Source of the DNA: Planctomycetota bacterium
GTDB taxonomy: Bacteria; Planctomycetota; JAJSAM01; JAJVHW01
Assembly: GCA_965248445.1 (NCBI GenBank)
Contig: CBDFJG010000002.1
Span: forward strand, 96,001 to 160,000
Reading direction: 5' to 3'
Length of the DNA: 64,000 bases
The position numbers were made by a program, and so were the translations under genes. This document shows positions 37,829 through 48,076 of this stretch, in pieces. Each line of letters starts with the position of its first letter. The first letter of the stretch is position 1. The notes below the pieces were generated by a model, which had not been told where the DNA came from, did no database searches, and worked only from the letters and a program-made list of their open reading frames with translations.

Positions 37829-39043
37829 ATGTGGGACTTCGTGTTCCTGTGCGTGCTCTTGCTGGTCCTGCTCGTCGTCGTGACGCGGAGGGGGGCCGAG
37901 CGCGTCGCCGGGCTGTTCGTGCCCACGCTGTTCATGGTCGCGGGGTTCACCGGAGGCGTTGTGCTCGAGGCGATGCCGTTCTCCCAGATCCGGAGCGGGT
38001 TCTCCGCGCGCACGCTGATCGCCGGGCTGATCGGGCTGTTCGGGATGCGCCTCGTCGCGCGGGGGGTCCGCGGCTGGGGACGCGGCTACCGGAGCGAGGA
38101 TCGCGGCGACACGATGGAGAGAGCGCGACTCGTGCATCCGCTGATCGCGCTCGGGCTGCTGTTCTCTGGAGCGTTCGTCCTGCACGAGGCGGCGGCGGCG
38201 AGGCATCTCGCTCTCGAGGTCGAGGGAGCGCTGCGCGACTCCGACACGGGCGTGCTGCGGGGCGCCGACGAACGCTGGACACCGGCACCGGACGGTGGCA
38301 GACAAGCCGTACTCCTCGTGCACGGCGTCCTCGGTTCGCGAGCGGACTTCGGTTCCCTCCCCCACGAACTGCGTCGGCGCGGATTCGGTGTGCGAGAGAT
38401 GCGCCTCCCCGGCCACGGCACCACGCCCCGGGAGCTCGCAGAGACGACGTCCCGCGAGTGGCGGAGCGCCGTGATGGCTGCGTACGACGAACTCGCGGCG
38501 GATCACGATCACGTGTCCATCGTCGGTTTCTCGCTGGGCGGGATGCTCGCGACCATGACGGCGAGCGACCGGCCGGTGCACCGGCTCGTGCTGGTGAATC
38601 CCTACGCGGGCGTGACGGCCACGCCGTCGTGGAGCCCGGTCGCAACCGACACCATGATCGACTTCATGTCGCCGCTCTCGAGCTACGTGATGCGCGCACG
38701 CCACTTCATGAAGGTGAACAAGAGAGACGGCGCCGATCGGCTCATCGCGTACCGCACCGTGCCCCTCTCCGTGTCCAACGAACTACGCGGGCTCAAGTTC
38801 GAGTTCGACGACGAGGCAGCGCTGTCGCGCATCAAGTCACCGACGCTGCTGTTGCTCTCGGAGAACGACAACACGGCTCCGTCATCGGCAGGCCGTGAGC
38901 TCTACGGCGTACTCGAGATGTCGCTGCCGGCCGCCGCGTTCTCGATGCACACGTACACCGAGAGCGACCACTTCATGTTCCTCGACTTCGACGAGGAGGA
39001 CGCGGTCCGCCGGACTGCGGACTGGATCACGTCCTCCGAGTGA
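37829..39043 (+). CDS. Membrane-anchored alpha/beta hydrolase (carboxylesterase-like)
   Basis: About four N-terminal TM helices; LLVHG, LPGHG, GFSLGG nucleophile elbow, END, SDH. Confidence 0.88.
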   Translation: MWDFVFLCVLLLVLLVVVTRRGAERVAGLFVPTLFMVAGFTGGVVLEAMPFSQIRSGFSARTLIAGLIGLFGMRLVARGVRGWGRGYRSEDRGDTMERARLVHPLIALGLLFSGAFVLHEAAAARHLALEVEGALRDSDTGVLRGADERWTPAPDGGRQAVLLVHGVLGSRADFGSLPHELRRRGFGVREMRLPGHGTTPRELAETTSREWRSAVMAAYDELAADHDHVSIVGFSLGGMLATMTASDRPVHRLVLVNPYAGVTATPSWSPVATDTMIDFMSPLSSYVMRARHFMKVNKRDGADRLIAYRTVPLSVSNELRGLKFEFDDEAALSRIKSPTLLLLSENDNTAPSSAGRELYGVLEMSLPAAAFSMHTYTESDHFMFLDFDEEDAVRRTADWITSSE

Positions 39044-39058
39044 GCGTGTCGGGCGGTG

Positions 39059-41281
39059 TCAGTCTTCGACCGTCAGCGGCTCTGTCAGGTAGACCCATGG
39101 TCCGTGGATCCGCTGCGCGTCGAACGGCCGGCCGCGCAGGATCACGCGAGCGCCCGCGACGACACCATCGCCGACGCTGTCCCAGGCGAACGTGTAGGCC
39201 AGCCCGGCCGGGGAACTCGGCACACCGTCGTCCGGATCCCCGAGGCCGGCCGCGCGCGAGCACGGCAGCCAGTCGAGGTCTGCGAGTTGCGCCGCAGTCA
39301 GTGTCGCGGGATCGTCGTCCGAGCCGAGTAGGTGGAAGTCGAACGCGACGGCGACTGGCGCGGTATCGAGGAGACCGTCTCCGTTCCGGTCCTCGAGCTC
39401 CTGGACGTCGAGCACTCCGTTGCCGTTGGCATCCTCGGAGTCCGCGTCGAACGCGGTCCAGTCGATGAGCGTTGGGGCGCCGGGACGCGCTCCGTCCAGG
39501 GTGAGCGCCGGGCGGCTGGAGTTGATCAGGGCGAAGGGCGCCGTGAGGCTCCAAGCGCTCGCTCGACGGCCGCGGACCGTGCGTAGCCGGATCACGGCGC
39601 CGCCGCGGCCCGGCTGGATGAGGGGGCTGCCCGGATTGTCCGGATCCTCGATCTCGCGGCCCTGAGGGGTGTACGCGATGCGCGCCAGGGGAAAGACGGA
39701 TGGACCCAGGACGGCCGTGGTGGACCGCCAGACGGTCGCGTTCGACCGCCCGGAGCCGGGCGCCGTGACGAACTGGTGTCTGGCTCGGCCGCGCCGGGTT
39801 CTCGACTTGCGTGTAGCGCCGGTCTGTCGGCCATCACGTTCATCGATCGTGGCCGGGCTGAACTCCTCCTCCTCGATCGCGCCGTCCAGGTCGTGGTCAG
39901 CGCCCCATTGCACCTCGATGAACGCGGGCGGCCGCCCCCGCCGCTGCACGAGCGTGAACGGGATGACGACGTTCTGGCCCGCGCCCTCCGCGCCCTGGAG
40001 GCCCAGCTGAGTGACGACCCGAGTGACTCTCCCGAGCGAAGGACGGCGGCGCTGCACGCGCTTCTCCGACACGAGCGGGGGCGTCCCAGGGCGTTCCGCC
40101 GCAACCGTCGTGAACACCGCGAACACGCGCGGGTCGAGCTCCCACGGCCGGGTGTCGCCGATCTCGAGCAAGTTCCGCTTGAGGACGCCGCCACGATCCG
40201 CGTCGGAGACCGGCGGCCAGTCGAAGATCAGGTCGACCGGCGGATGGGCGAGGAACTCGACTGGCACGCCGGGGTTGGCCCGGCGGGCGTCCACCAGAAA
40301 CTCGTACGCCCTGGTGAGACGCGCCCGCTCGGGGTCATCGGACACGTGGTAGTTGCCCGTGAGGTCTGTGACGCTCTCGTCGACGCGAAGCGCGTACGTA
40401 CTGCGCTCCGAGAGAGGCTCAGCCGGGCGGAACACCAGGTACATCCGGTTGCGGTCTTGCTCCAGCAGTGCGTCGCCCACGACGGGCGTCGGGCCAGAGC
40501 CGTCCGGAGTTTCCACGCGGATCAGTTGCACTGCGCCCGGGGCACGGATCGTCGTTGGGTCGAGCGGTATCCCGGTGCCGAAGAGCGTGACGTGGATGTC
40601 TGTCGGCACCGACGGCGTCCCGCCCACCACGGCGTACGACCTCCGTGCCTCCACGACGCGGTCCGTGGGATTGGCGAAGAGCATGCGGAGCGGCGGTGTG
40701 TCGGCGTACGTCTCCAAGAGGAAGGGCGGGTCTCCGGGGGACGCTCCGTCTGCCGTGCGGAATTCGGTCGTCACGGTGCGCCGCAACTTGGCGCCCGAGG
40801 CGCTTGTCGCGGCGGGCTTCTCGGGCCGCCCCGCGATGCGCACGACGTAGTCCGTCCCGATTCGAAAGCTCCCGTTCTCGAACGCGTCGTCCTGCGGCGA
40901 GCCGGCCGGGAAGAACTCACCGGCCGGACCGCCGGCGCGCGCCTGGGTCGGGAGTCTCGGGATGAACTGAACCCGGTTGCCTCGTCGTCGCAGTTCACCG
41001 GGCCGCGGATCGCCCGTGGCGCCCGTGGTCCGGTCGAGCGGGAGGACGCTGATAGCGCCGTTGGTCAGACTGCGTCGCGACACGCGCCTGTCGAATCGGA
41101 TCTGGATCACCTGATTGAGCGCCACCTGGGTCAGGCCGTCCACGCTGACCGACACCACGCGGAGCGGCTTGCCGGGCCCGGCGCGGCGCGCGTGGGCCGT
41201 GTCCATCGTGCTCGCACCGACAGCGAGAACGAGGCAAGCGCCCGCCGCCGCGCCGACGACGGTCCGGGGTCCGAGGTCCAT
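39059..41281 (-). CDS. Secreted Ig-like domain protein with Ca-binding-type Asp loops
   Basis: Signal peptide ending AHA; LNQVIQIRFD and LVFRPAEPLSERSTYALRV resemble Big_5; DANGNGVLD and DRNGDGLLD; GGAG RBS. Confidence 0.75.
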   Translation of the reverse strand: MDLGPRTVVGAAAGACLVLAVGASTMDTAHARRAGPGKPLRVVSVSVDGLTQVALNQVIQIRFDRRVSRRSLTNGAISVLPLDRTTGATGDPRPGELRRRGNRVQFIPRLPTQARAGGPAGEFFPAGSPQDDAFENGSFRIGTDYVVRIAGRPEKPAATSASGAKLRRTVTTEFRTADGASPGDPPFLLETYADTPPLRMLFANPTDRVVEARRSYAVVGGTPSVPTDIHVTLFGTGIPLDPTTIRAPGAVQLIRVETPDGSGPTPVVGDALLEQDRNRMYLVFRPAEPLSERSTYALRVDESVTDLTGNYHVSDDPERARLTRAYEFLVDARRANPGVPVEFLAHPPVDLIFDWPPVSDADRGGVLKRNLLEIGDTRPWELDPRVFAVFTTVAAERPGTPPLVSEKRVQRRRPSLGRVTRVVTQLGLQGAEGAGQNVVIPFTLVQRRGRPPAFIEVQWGADHDLDGAIEEEEFSPATIDERDGRQTGATRKSRTRRGRARHQFVTAPGSGRSNATVWRSTTAVLGPSVFPLARIAYTPQGREIEDPDNPGSPLIQPGRGGAVIRLRTVRGRRASAWSLTAPFALINSSRPALTLDGARPGAPTLIDWTAFDADSEDANGNGVLDVQELEDRNGDGLLDTAPVAVAFDFHLLGSDDDPATLTAAQLADLDWLPCSRAAGLGDPDDGVPSSPAGLAYTFAWDSVGDGVVAGARVILRGRPFDAQRIHGPWVYLTEPLTVED

Positions 41282-41477
41282 CTCCAGCTCCCGCGCGGCC
41301 CGACATGCCGCCCCGACCCAGGTACGAGCACCGCGTCCACGCCGACTTTACCACGCTGTGAGATGTCGGGAGCGACCGAGCAGTGCTCTAGGCACAGTCT
41401 CCAGCTCACCCGTGAGTGAGCTGCGTGGAACGCCGTGATCGCGAAGGGACTGTCCGTGCGCCGCACGGCCGAGTGGA

Positions 41478-41933
41478 TCACGTCGTCCGAGTGAGCTTGT
41501 CCGGCGGGTCGAGCGCGTAGGAGAACACCTGACGCTCGGCGCCGGGCGCGGTGAGTTCGCGGATGAGCACCGGCACGTCCGGCACGAACGAGAGTTCCGC
41601 GTTGCCGAGGTCGTCGTCGGTGCACCACACGTGCTCGCCCTCGTCCGTCGTAGTCAGGTTTCCCGCCGGCAGCGTGCCGACGTGCACGAACAGCGCCACC
41701 GGCGGATCGCCCGTCACCTGAACCGTCGCTGCGAGGCGAAGCGTGAGCGGCCGGAGCCCGCACTCCTCCTCGGCCTCGCGATAGGCCGCCGCGAGCACGT
41801 CCTCGCCGGGCTCGATATGCCCGCCCAGACCATCGAGCTTGCCGGCGAACCACTTCTGAGGCGCGCCGCGCAGGAGCAGCCAGCGGCCGTCACGCTGGAG
41901 GAAGAGCAGAACGCGGGGCGACACGAGGTGCAC
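41478..41933 (-). CDS. NUDIX hydrolase
   Basis: Nudix box GGHIEPGEDVLAAAYREAEEECGL; start uncertain. Confidence 0.9.
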   Translation of the reverse strand: MHLVSPRVLLFLQRDGRWLLLRGAPQKWFAGKLDGLGGHIEPGEDVLAAAYREAEEECGLRPLTLRLAATVQVTGDPPVALFVHVGTLPAGNLTTTDEGEHVWCTDDDLGNAELSFVPDVPVLIRELTAPGAERQVFSYALDPPDKLTRTT

Positions 41934-42018
41934 GGTGCGAGTGTCGCCGCTCCCCACGTCGACTCTGAGTGCTGAAATCTGCGCGCTCCTCGGACGAGGG
42001 GACCAAACTGGGCGCGCC

Positions 42019-43329
42019 ATGATCATCCTCAGGAACATCAGCAAGCTCTACGACGGCTCGTCCGCCGGAGCGGAGGCCGTGCAGGAGCGCGTGGACGTCT
42101 TCCTCGACAGGGGCCGCGTGCACGACGTACTGCCGCACCGCGAGGACCTGTCGATCGGCGACGAGCACACCGCCGTCGACTGCTCGAGCTACACGGTCAC
42201 GCCCGGGCTCATCGACGGCCACGGACACGTGACGGCGCTCGGGTTGTCGTCCGCCGACATGGCGCTCATGGCGTCGCAGGCGGAGATGCTCTACGTCGAG
42301 AAGATCCTCCACACCACGCTGGTCGACGGCGGGACGACGACGGTGCGGGACGTCGGCGGTGCGACGCACTTCATGAAGCGCATGGTGGACGAAGGCGTGA
42401 TCATCGGGCCGCGGCTCAAGATCTCGATCTGCATGCTCTCGACCACAGGCGGACACGCGGACTTCCGCGGGCCGGACCGCTGCCACGCGACCGTCTCGAA
42501 GCTCTGGGCGTCCGGGCCGGGCCGTCCGTCCAGCATCGTGGACGGACCGTGGGAGTGCCGGAAGCGCGTGCGCGAGATCGCCGCGTGCGGCGCCGACCTC
42601 ATCAAGCTGTGCACGAGCCCGGGCGTCGCGTCGCCGTCCGACCACCTCGAGCATCGCGACTTCACGGCCGAGGAGATCGCAGCGATCTGCGACGAAGCGG
42701 CGGGCCGCGGGATGCGGGTCGCCGCGCACGCGCACAGCAAGAGCGGCATCGAACTCGCCATCCAGAACGGCGTGAACGACATCCAGCACATCTCGTACAT
42801 GGACGACCGCCTGGCGGAGATGGCGTACGAGCGCGGGTGCACCGTCACGCCGACGTCGTGGGTGACCCAGGACCTGCCGAACGCAGACGGTCTGTCCGAC
42901 TTCGTCATGGAGAAGGTCAAGAAGGTTGCCGAGGTCCATGCGGCCGCGGTCGACAGCGCACGCAAGGGCGGCCTGAAGATCCTCGGCGGCACGGACCCGG
43001 TGCTCCCCGGCCAGCACGGCCGCAACTACATGGAAATCGTCGCGCTGATCCGCGACGGCCTGGACCCGCTCGCCGCGTGGCACTCGATGACGGGGCTTGC
43101 GGCGGAAGAGATCGGCCAGCACGACACCGGTGTGATTGCGGCCGGGCGCCGTGCCGACCTCCTCATCTGCGAGGGCGACGTTCTCGCGGACCCGGGGCTG
43201 CTGGACGACGGAGCACTGGTCGATGTCGTCAAGGACGGCGAAGCGTATCGCGGGGGCGTCTCCGCCCTGCCCCAGCGGCGCTTCGCGAGCACGGTCGCGG
43301 AAGCCCTCGACGGGGAGAACCGGTCATGA
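42019..43329 (+). CDS. Metal-dependent amidohydrolase (Xaa-Pro dipeptidase-like subgroup)
   Basis: PGLIDGHGH, GTTTVRDVGG, TGGHAD, GADLIK, AAHAH, IQH, GTD, GRRADL. Confidence 0.92.
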   Translation: MIILRNISKLYDGSSAGAEAVQERVDVFLDRGRVHDVLPHREDLSIGDEHTAVDCSSYTVTPGLIDGHGHVTALGLSSADMALMASQAEMLYVEKILHTTLVDGGTTTVRDVGGATHFMKRMVDEGVIIGPRLKISICMLSTTGGHADFRGPDRCHATVSKLWASGPGRPSSIVDGPWECRKRVREIAACGADLIKLCTSPGVASPSDHLEHRDFTAEEIAAICDEAAGRGMRVAAHAHSKSGIELAIQNGVNDIQHISYMDDRLAEMAYERGCTVTPTSWVTQDLPNADGLSDFVMEKVKKVAEVHAAAVDSARKGGLKILGGTDPVLPGQHGRNYMEIVALIRDGLDPLAAWHSMTGLAAEEIGQHDTGVIAAGRRADLLICEGDVLADPGLLDDGALVDVVKDGEAYRGGVSALPQRRFASTVAEALDGENRS

Positions 43330-43769
43330 GCCACGAGGTCCTGAGGGTGTTCGTCCGTCCCGACAAGAGCGTGCCCGCCGAGGAGCGCGCAGAGATCGAA
43401 CTGGTCGCGGACCACGGTGTTGAGGGCGATCACGGCATCAGCGGCAAGCGGCACGTCACGATCGTGCTCCGTGAGGACTGGCGCGAGGCGGAGGAGGAGC
43501 TCGGCATCGACGTCGATCCCATCGCCCGGCGCGCGAACGTCCTGATCTCCGGCGGCGGCGGCGGGCAGCTGATCGGAAAGCGGCTGCGCGTCGGCGCCAC
43601 GCTCCTTGACGTGCAGGGCGAGGTGTCTCCGTGCGGATTGATGGAGCGCCGCGCGGTCGGCCTCCGGAAGGCGCTGGAGCCGAACTGCCGCGCCGGCGTG
43701 TGGGCGCTGATCGTCGCGGGCGGCAGCCTGCGCCCAGGCGACGCCGTCGAGATTCTCACGTCCGGCTGA
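43326..43769 (+). CDS. MOSC domain protein
   Basis: GVEGDH, RHVT, RRANVLI, PCGLM (conserved Cys), RAGV, GSLRPGD; ATGA overlap with the amidohydrolase. Confidence 0.88.
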   Translation: MSHEVLRVFVRPDKSVPAEERAEIELVADHGVEGDHGISGKRHVTIVLREDWREAEEELGIDVDPIARRANVLISGGGGGQLIGKRLRVGATLLDVQGEVSPCGLMERRAVGLRKALEPNCRAGVWALIVAGGSLRPGDAVEILTSG

Positions 43770-43863
43770 AGTTCTCGGCTCCCGCGCGCGATGAATCCCG
43801 ATGCGGCTCTTCGCCTGGCCGCAGGCCGGCGATGCGCCTCGGATCGCACACGAGGAGGCCCCG

Positions 43864-44922
43864 GTGACCGGCATCAACCGTCTGTTCTTCCCGACACTTC
43901 TGGCGCTTGCGTGCGCGCTGCCCGCGTGCAGCACGCGCGGCGTGCCGCGCCCGATCCCCGAGCGCGCACTGGTGCGCGTTCCGGCGACCGGCCTCGCGAC
44001 GGGCTCGCCGCTCGCGCCCAAGGCAGCGGTCTCGCGGATCCCGCGGCACAACGATCCGCTGGCGAACTCCACCGTACTCGAGGAGAGCGGCGGGATCCGG
44101 ATGCTGGACGGCCGCGCGCCGGTCGGACCGCACTTCACACCGGCGTTCCGGACACACGCCGCGGCGCACGAGTGCGAGCGGTACGTCCACACGCTGACCG
44201 CGCGGACGAACGCCCGGCGGAACCTCCCGCCGGTCCACTCCCCACCGGTTCGCCGACACCCGCCGGTGCGCGCGCCGCAGGGCATACCCACCGCCGTGGT
44301 CGGCACCGCCCCCGTGACGGGGCGGGTACCCGCCTCGTTCCGGCCGTCGAGCACCGTGACCGTCCCCCCGCGCACCACGTCCGTGGTCACGCCCTGGACA
44401 GCGCCGCCGCGACCGGTCGTGCGGACGCCTGTCACCAGCCGTCCGGCCACTCCTGTCGTCGCGCCCATCTCCTTCCCCGTCGTGTCGACGCCGACGGAGG
44501 TGGTTCCTCCGTTCTCGCTCTCGTCCGTGCCCTCGCACCTTCGCAATCTGAACGCGCTCCAGGCGCAGGAGGAGCGGCTGGCCGACCAGTCGATCGCGAT
44601 CTCGATGGAGCGGCGCGCCGTCTTGCGTGTCGCCACCGCGATCCGCGAGCACCAGACCCGCAACTCCGCGAGCACACGTGAGACGCTGGACGACGCCTTC
44701 CGCGAGTACCAACAGGGCGGCGGCGGTCGACTCTCGCTCACTTCGGGCGCGAACGCGTTCGCATCGGCGGAGCCTGTTGTCCGCAGCCGCTTGGACGCCG
44801 TGAACAACGAACGCAAGGCGGTCACGCGCCTGATCGTGGCGCTCAGCACGTACCAGCAGAGCCCGTCCAACTCGAACGGCCTCGCCGTCGCGAACGCCGT
44901 GGAGAAGTACCACCAGCGCTGA
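43864..44922 (+). CDS. Hypothetical lipoprotein with a Pro/Thr/Val-rich linker and helical C-terminus
   Basis: GAGGAGG RBS before GTG; lipobox-like LPAC. Confidence 0.65.
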   Translation: MTGINRLFFPTLLALACALPACSTRGVPRPIPERALVRVPATGLATGSPLAPKAAVSRIPRHNDPLANSTVLEESGGIRMLDGRAPVGPHFTPAFRTHAAAHECERYVHTLTARTNARRNLPPVHSPPVRRHPPVRAPQGIPTAVVGTAPVTGRVPASFRPSSTVTVPPRTTSVVTPWTAPPRPVVRTPVTSRPATPVVAPISFPVVSTPTEVVPPFSLSSVPSHLRNLNALQAQEERLADQSIAISMERRAVLRVATAIREHQTRNSASTRETLDDAFREYQQGGGGRLSLTSGANAFASAEPVVRSRLDAVNNERKAVTRLIVALSTYQQSPSNSNGLAVANAVEKYHQR

Positions 44923-44991
44923 CCTGCACGCGGGTGCCCGGACGTGGCTGTTTGGGGCGGGGCGCTGCCCCGCCCGCGACCGTTCGGCCAC

Positions 44992-47900
44992 CTACCGAGC
45001 GGGACCGCGGAGCAGCAGCGACGCCCACGCGGGCACCGCGCCCTCGCGGCTCGTGTCGGCCGCACGCAATTCGAGCTTCGCGCGACGGAGCGCGGCGGCG
45101 GCGTCCTTGTCCTTCGCGAATTCGCGCTCGAACGCAGCGGCGAGCGCGTCGGTGGCCTGGGCGCCGCCGCGGACCGGAACGAGTGCGGAGCGGGCGCGAG
45201 GAACGTAGCGCTCCTCGAACGGCGGCGGACCCTCGGTAGCCGGCAGCTCGTGGCGATCGATCCACTCCGCCGCGCACGTGACGACCGAGAGCGGCGCACG
45301 CTCCAGCAGCAGCCGGCCATTGACGGGCACCAGGTCCCACGGTGCGCGCAAGTAGGGCTCATCGACGAGGAGCACGAGCGACTCTCCCTCTGCCACGTCC
45401 AGCGTGCCCGCCGGGAACGCCGCGCCGAGGGCTCCCGCCGCTTGCTCGACGTCGGCGCGTGTGCCCCGCAACGCCGCGGCGAGAAGGAGGTTGAGGGCGT
45501 CGCCGAGACCCGCTGCCTGCTCCACAGTTGGACCGTCAGCGTCCAATCGGACCACGAGTTCGCTCTGGCCGACCACGAGAGGAGCGACGAGCACCGCCCG
45601 TTCGAGTGTCGAGGTGTACATCTGCGTTTCGCGCGGCGACTGGCCCGCGTATGCGTCTGCCAGCGGCAACAGGGTGCGCGCGGCGGCAGCGTCCCGGTGC
45701 GTCAATGCGCGCCGGATCCCGAACTCCACAGCGCGGCGGCGCATCTCGGGATCGACCGCGCCGAACTCGTCGGCGATGCCCGCCCAATCGTTGACGTCTT
45801 TATCCGGTTGCAGCGCGGTCTCGATCTCTCCAGCACGTACGAGGTGATCGAGCGCCCCGAGGCGCGGGCTGTCGTACTTCAGCGCCGGCATCCTTCCCGA
45901 CCCCTCCGAATAGGACTTGAGCAGCGCTCGCGCGTCCTCAACCGGGAACTCCCCGACTTGTTCGAGCGCGACCTCGCGATACGAAGGCGGCATCACACCG
46001 GACGGATCCGGCACGCGTTCGATCCCTGCGAAGTACATGTCGGAAGTTGTCAGGAACCGGTCGATGTGCGCGTCGATGAGCGCATCCTCGTTCTCGAAAT
46101 GCGCCTGCGCCACGCGCAGCACGGCGCAATGCTGGGCGGTCCCGCGCTCGTTCAGCAGGCGCGCCAGGCGGATGATCTCGACGCGGATCTGGTCCGACAG
46201 TCCAGGTGATCCGCCGCCGGCAAGATGCGCGGCGGCGCGTTCGCGCAGGCGCAGCGCGCGCAGCGGGTAGTCGTCGGCCTCCTCCGCGTCCGCCCACGAC
46301 ACGAGGATGCTCGCCGCCGTCGGTCCCTGCGCGCCCCGCCGGCCCTGCGTGGCGTAGGACAACGCTGCAGAAAACCGCTCGCGGGCCGCCGGGAACTCGC
46401 CGCGGGCGGCGAACAGCCGGCCGGCCACCTCGCCCAGCGCGTCGCGGCGGGCTCGGCCGAGTGAAGCCTCGGCCTGCTCGACGACCTGCGCCGCCCCGTC
46501 CAGGTCAGCAGCGTCGATCAACGCGGCGGCTGAGAGCGCGAGAACCGCCGGGGGCTGGGATGCCGCCGCGAGAAGAGCCCTCACTTCCTTGGCCGCCTGG
46601 GTTCCGCAGCCTGCTTTCGAGAGCGCGCCGGCGGCGCGAACGAGATCTGCGTCCCGCTGCCAGCGGTGGGTGCGATCCGTGTCGGCCTTGCGGCCGTGCA
46701 CGCTGGCGGCCTCGCGGTAGAGCTCGGATGCGCGGTCGTATCTCCCGAGTTCGTACGCCGCCTGCGCCGCGGTCTCCATGACGTGCGCCCGGAGTCCCTC
46801 AGGAGCGCTGCCCGAGAGCGACTCCGCAACGGCGCCGGCATCGGTGTACGCGCGCTCGTAGAGACCGAGCCGGAAGAGCGACACCGCGCGCACGCCGCGC
46901 ACGGCCGCCGCGTCCAGCACGTGGATGTTGTCCTGATCGACGCGCGAGAGAGCCGCGGTGGCCGACGTGACCGCGTCGGCGTGCCGTCCGACCGTCTGCA
47001 GCAATCCGGCATGGACATCCAGAACATGAAAGCGCTCGACGCCGAGAGCTCCGCTCTCCTCGACCAGCATTTTGCCGCGCTCGACGATCGAGAGCGCGCG
47101 ACGGGGGTCCGTCTCTCGCGTAACTGCCTGCGCGCGGTCCACCAGAAAGAGCCCCGCGCGGAGCGGGTCCCCGTGTTGGATGTACGAGGAAAGCGCGGCC
47201 TCGAACACGCGGATAGAGCGAAGGTCCGTCTCGCTGCGCCGGACCAGATGTGCCGCCAGGTGGGCGAGGAACGGCGCCCCGCCGGCGGGCCAACCTGCCT
47301 GCGCGAATAGGCCCGCGGACTCCGTGAGTCGCGCGTCATGCTCCTTGCTGAACGTGCCCTCCTCGCGCTCGAGCGTCGAAGCAGCGAGGTGCAGGAGCGG
47401 CACGACGCCTGCGGCCGGGCTGTGCGGGGGCGCGGTCACGGCGCCGCCTCTCTCCGCCAGCATCCGCAGTCCCTCGGCTCCCGGCGGCTCGGTACTCGAC
47501 AAGGCGGTCGTCGCGAGCCACCCGACCTGACCGAGTTCGGACTCCGCCGCACGCTCCTCCGGCGACCACTTCGACCAGAGTTCCACCATCCGCGGCACAT
47601 CCACCGACGCCTCGGCGCCGCCGGGCAGCGCGGCCAGCGCGCGGAGCGCGGCGAACATCTGCGCGTCGTCCGCTGCCGGCGTGCGGCGTCCGCCGAGGTG
47701 CTCGTGCAGCGCGGCAACGGCCACCCGGGCGCGGGAGACCCGCGGCGGCAACTCGAACCCCCGAAGGATCTCCGGCGCTGCCGTGGCCGCAACGCCGTGC
47801 ACGATCTCGAGCAACGTCTCCTCGTCGAGCCGCTCCGGATTCTCGATCTCCGGGATGACCGGCGCGACCCCGCCGCTTTCTACGACCGGGGGCGCAAGAG

Positions 47901-47994
47901 GGGGAACGGGGTCACCCCGGTCGTCTCCGCACGCACCGAGCGTCAGGACGGCCAGGACAGCGGCGACGAGGACCGGCCGAGAGAGCGGGAGCAT
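44992..47994 (-). CDS. TPR-like helical-repeat lipoprotein with a remnant C-terminal CHAT domain
   Basis: Lipobox LGAC; TPR-like LGRYDRASELY; CHAT-like LVLLVD..YLRAPWDLV...LLER and AAALRRAKLELR...WASLLLRG. Confidence 0.75.
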   Translation of the reverse strand: MLPLSRPVLVAAVLAVLTLGACGDDRGDPVPPLAPPVVESGGVAPVIPEIENPERLDEETLLEIVHGVAATAAPEILRGFELPPRVSRARVAVAALHEHLGGRRTPAADDAQMFAALRALAALPGGAEASVDVPRMVELWSKWSPEERAAESELGQVGWLATTALSSTEPPGAEGLRMLAERGGAVTAPPHSPAAGVVPLLHLAASTLEREEGTFSKEHDARLTESAGLFAQAGWPAGGAPFLAHLAAHLVRRSETDLRSIRVFEAALSSYIQHGDPLRAGLFLVDRAQAVTRETDPRRALSIVERGKMLVEESGALGVERFHVLDVHAGLLQTVGRHADAVTSATAALSRVDQDNIHVLDAAAVRGVRAVSLFRLGLYERAYTDAGAVAESLSGSAPEGLRAHVMETAAQAAYELGRYDRASELYREAASVHGRKADTDRTHRWQRDADLVRAAGALSKAGCGTQAAKEVRALLAAASQPPAVLALSAAALIDAADLDGAAQVVEQAEASLGRARRDALGEVAGRLFAARGEFPAARERFSAALSYATQGRRGAQGPTAASILVSWADAEEADDYPLRALRLRERAAAHLAGGGSPGLSDQIRVEIIRLARLLNERGTAQHCAVLRVAQAHFENEDALIDAHIDRFLTTSDMYFAGIERVPDPSGVMPPSYREVALEQVGEFPVEDARALLKSYSEGSGRMPALKYDSPRLGALDHLVRAGEIETALQPDKDVNDWAGIADEFGAVDPEMRRRAVEFGIRRALTHRDAAAARTLLPLADAYAGQSPRETQMYTSTLERAVLVAPLVVGQSELVVRLDADGPTVEQAAGLGDALNLLLAAALRGTRADVEQAAGALGAAFPAGTLDVAEGESLVLLVDEPYLRAPWDLVPVNGRLLLERAPLSVVTCAAEWIDRHELPATEGPPPFEERYVPRARSALVPVRGGAQATDALAAAFEREFAKDKDAAAALRRAKLELRAADTSREGAVPAWASLLLRGPAR

Positions 47995-48076
47995 GCGACG
48001 GACAGTACCAGCACCGGGTACCTTCGAAGGCCTCGGCACAAGCGGCGTCCCCGCGCCGAGACAGGAGGGCCGTGGC

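Noticed and set aside
44992..47994. CRISPR-associated or anti-phage TPR-CHAT (Craspase-like) system
   Set aside because: No cas genes, array or substrate genes; the protein appears exported and lacks the catalytic dyad region
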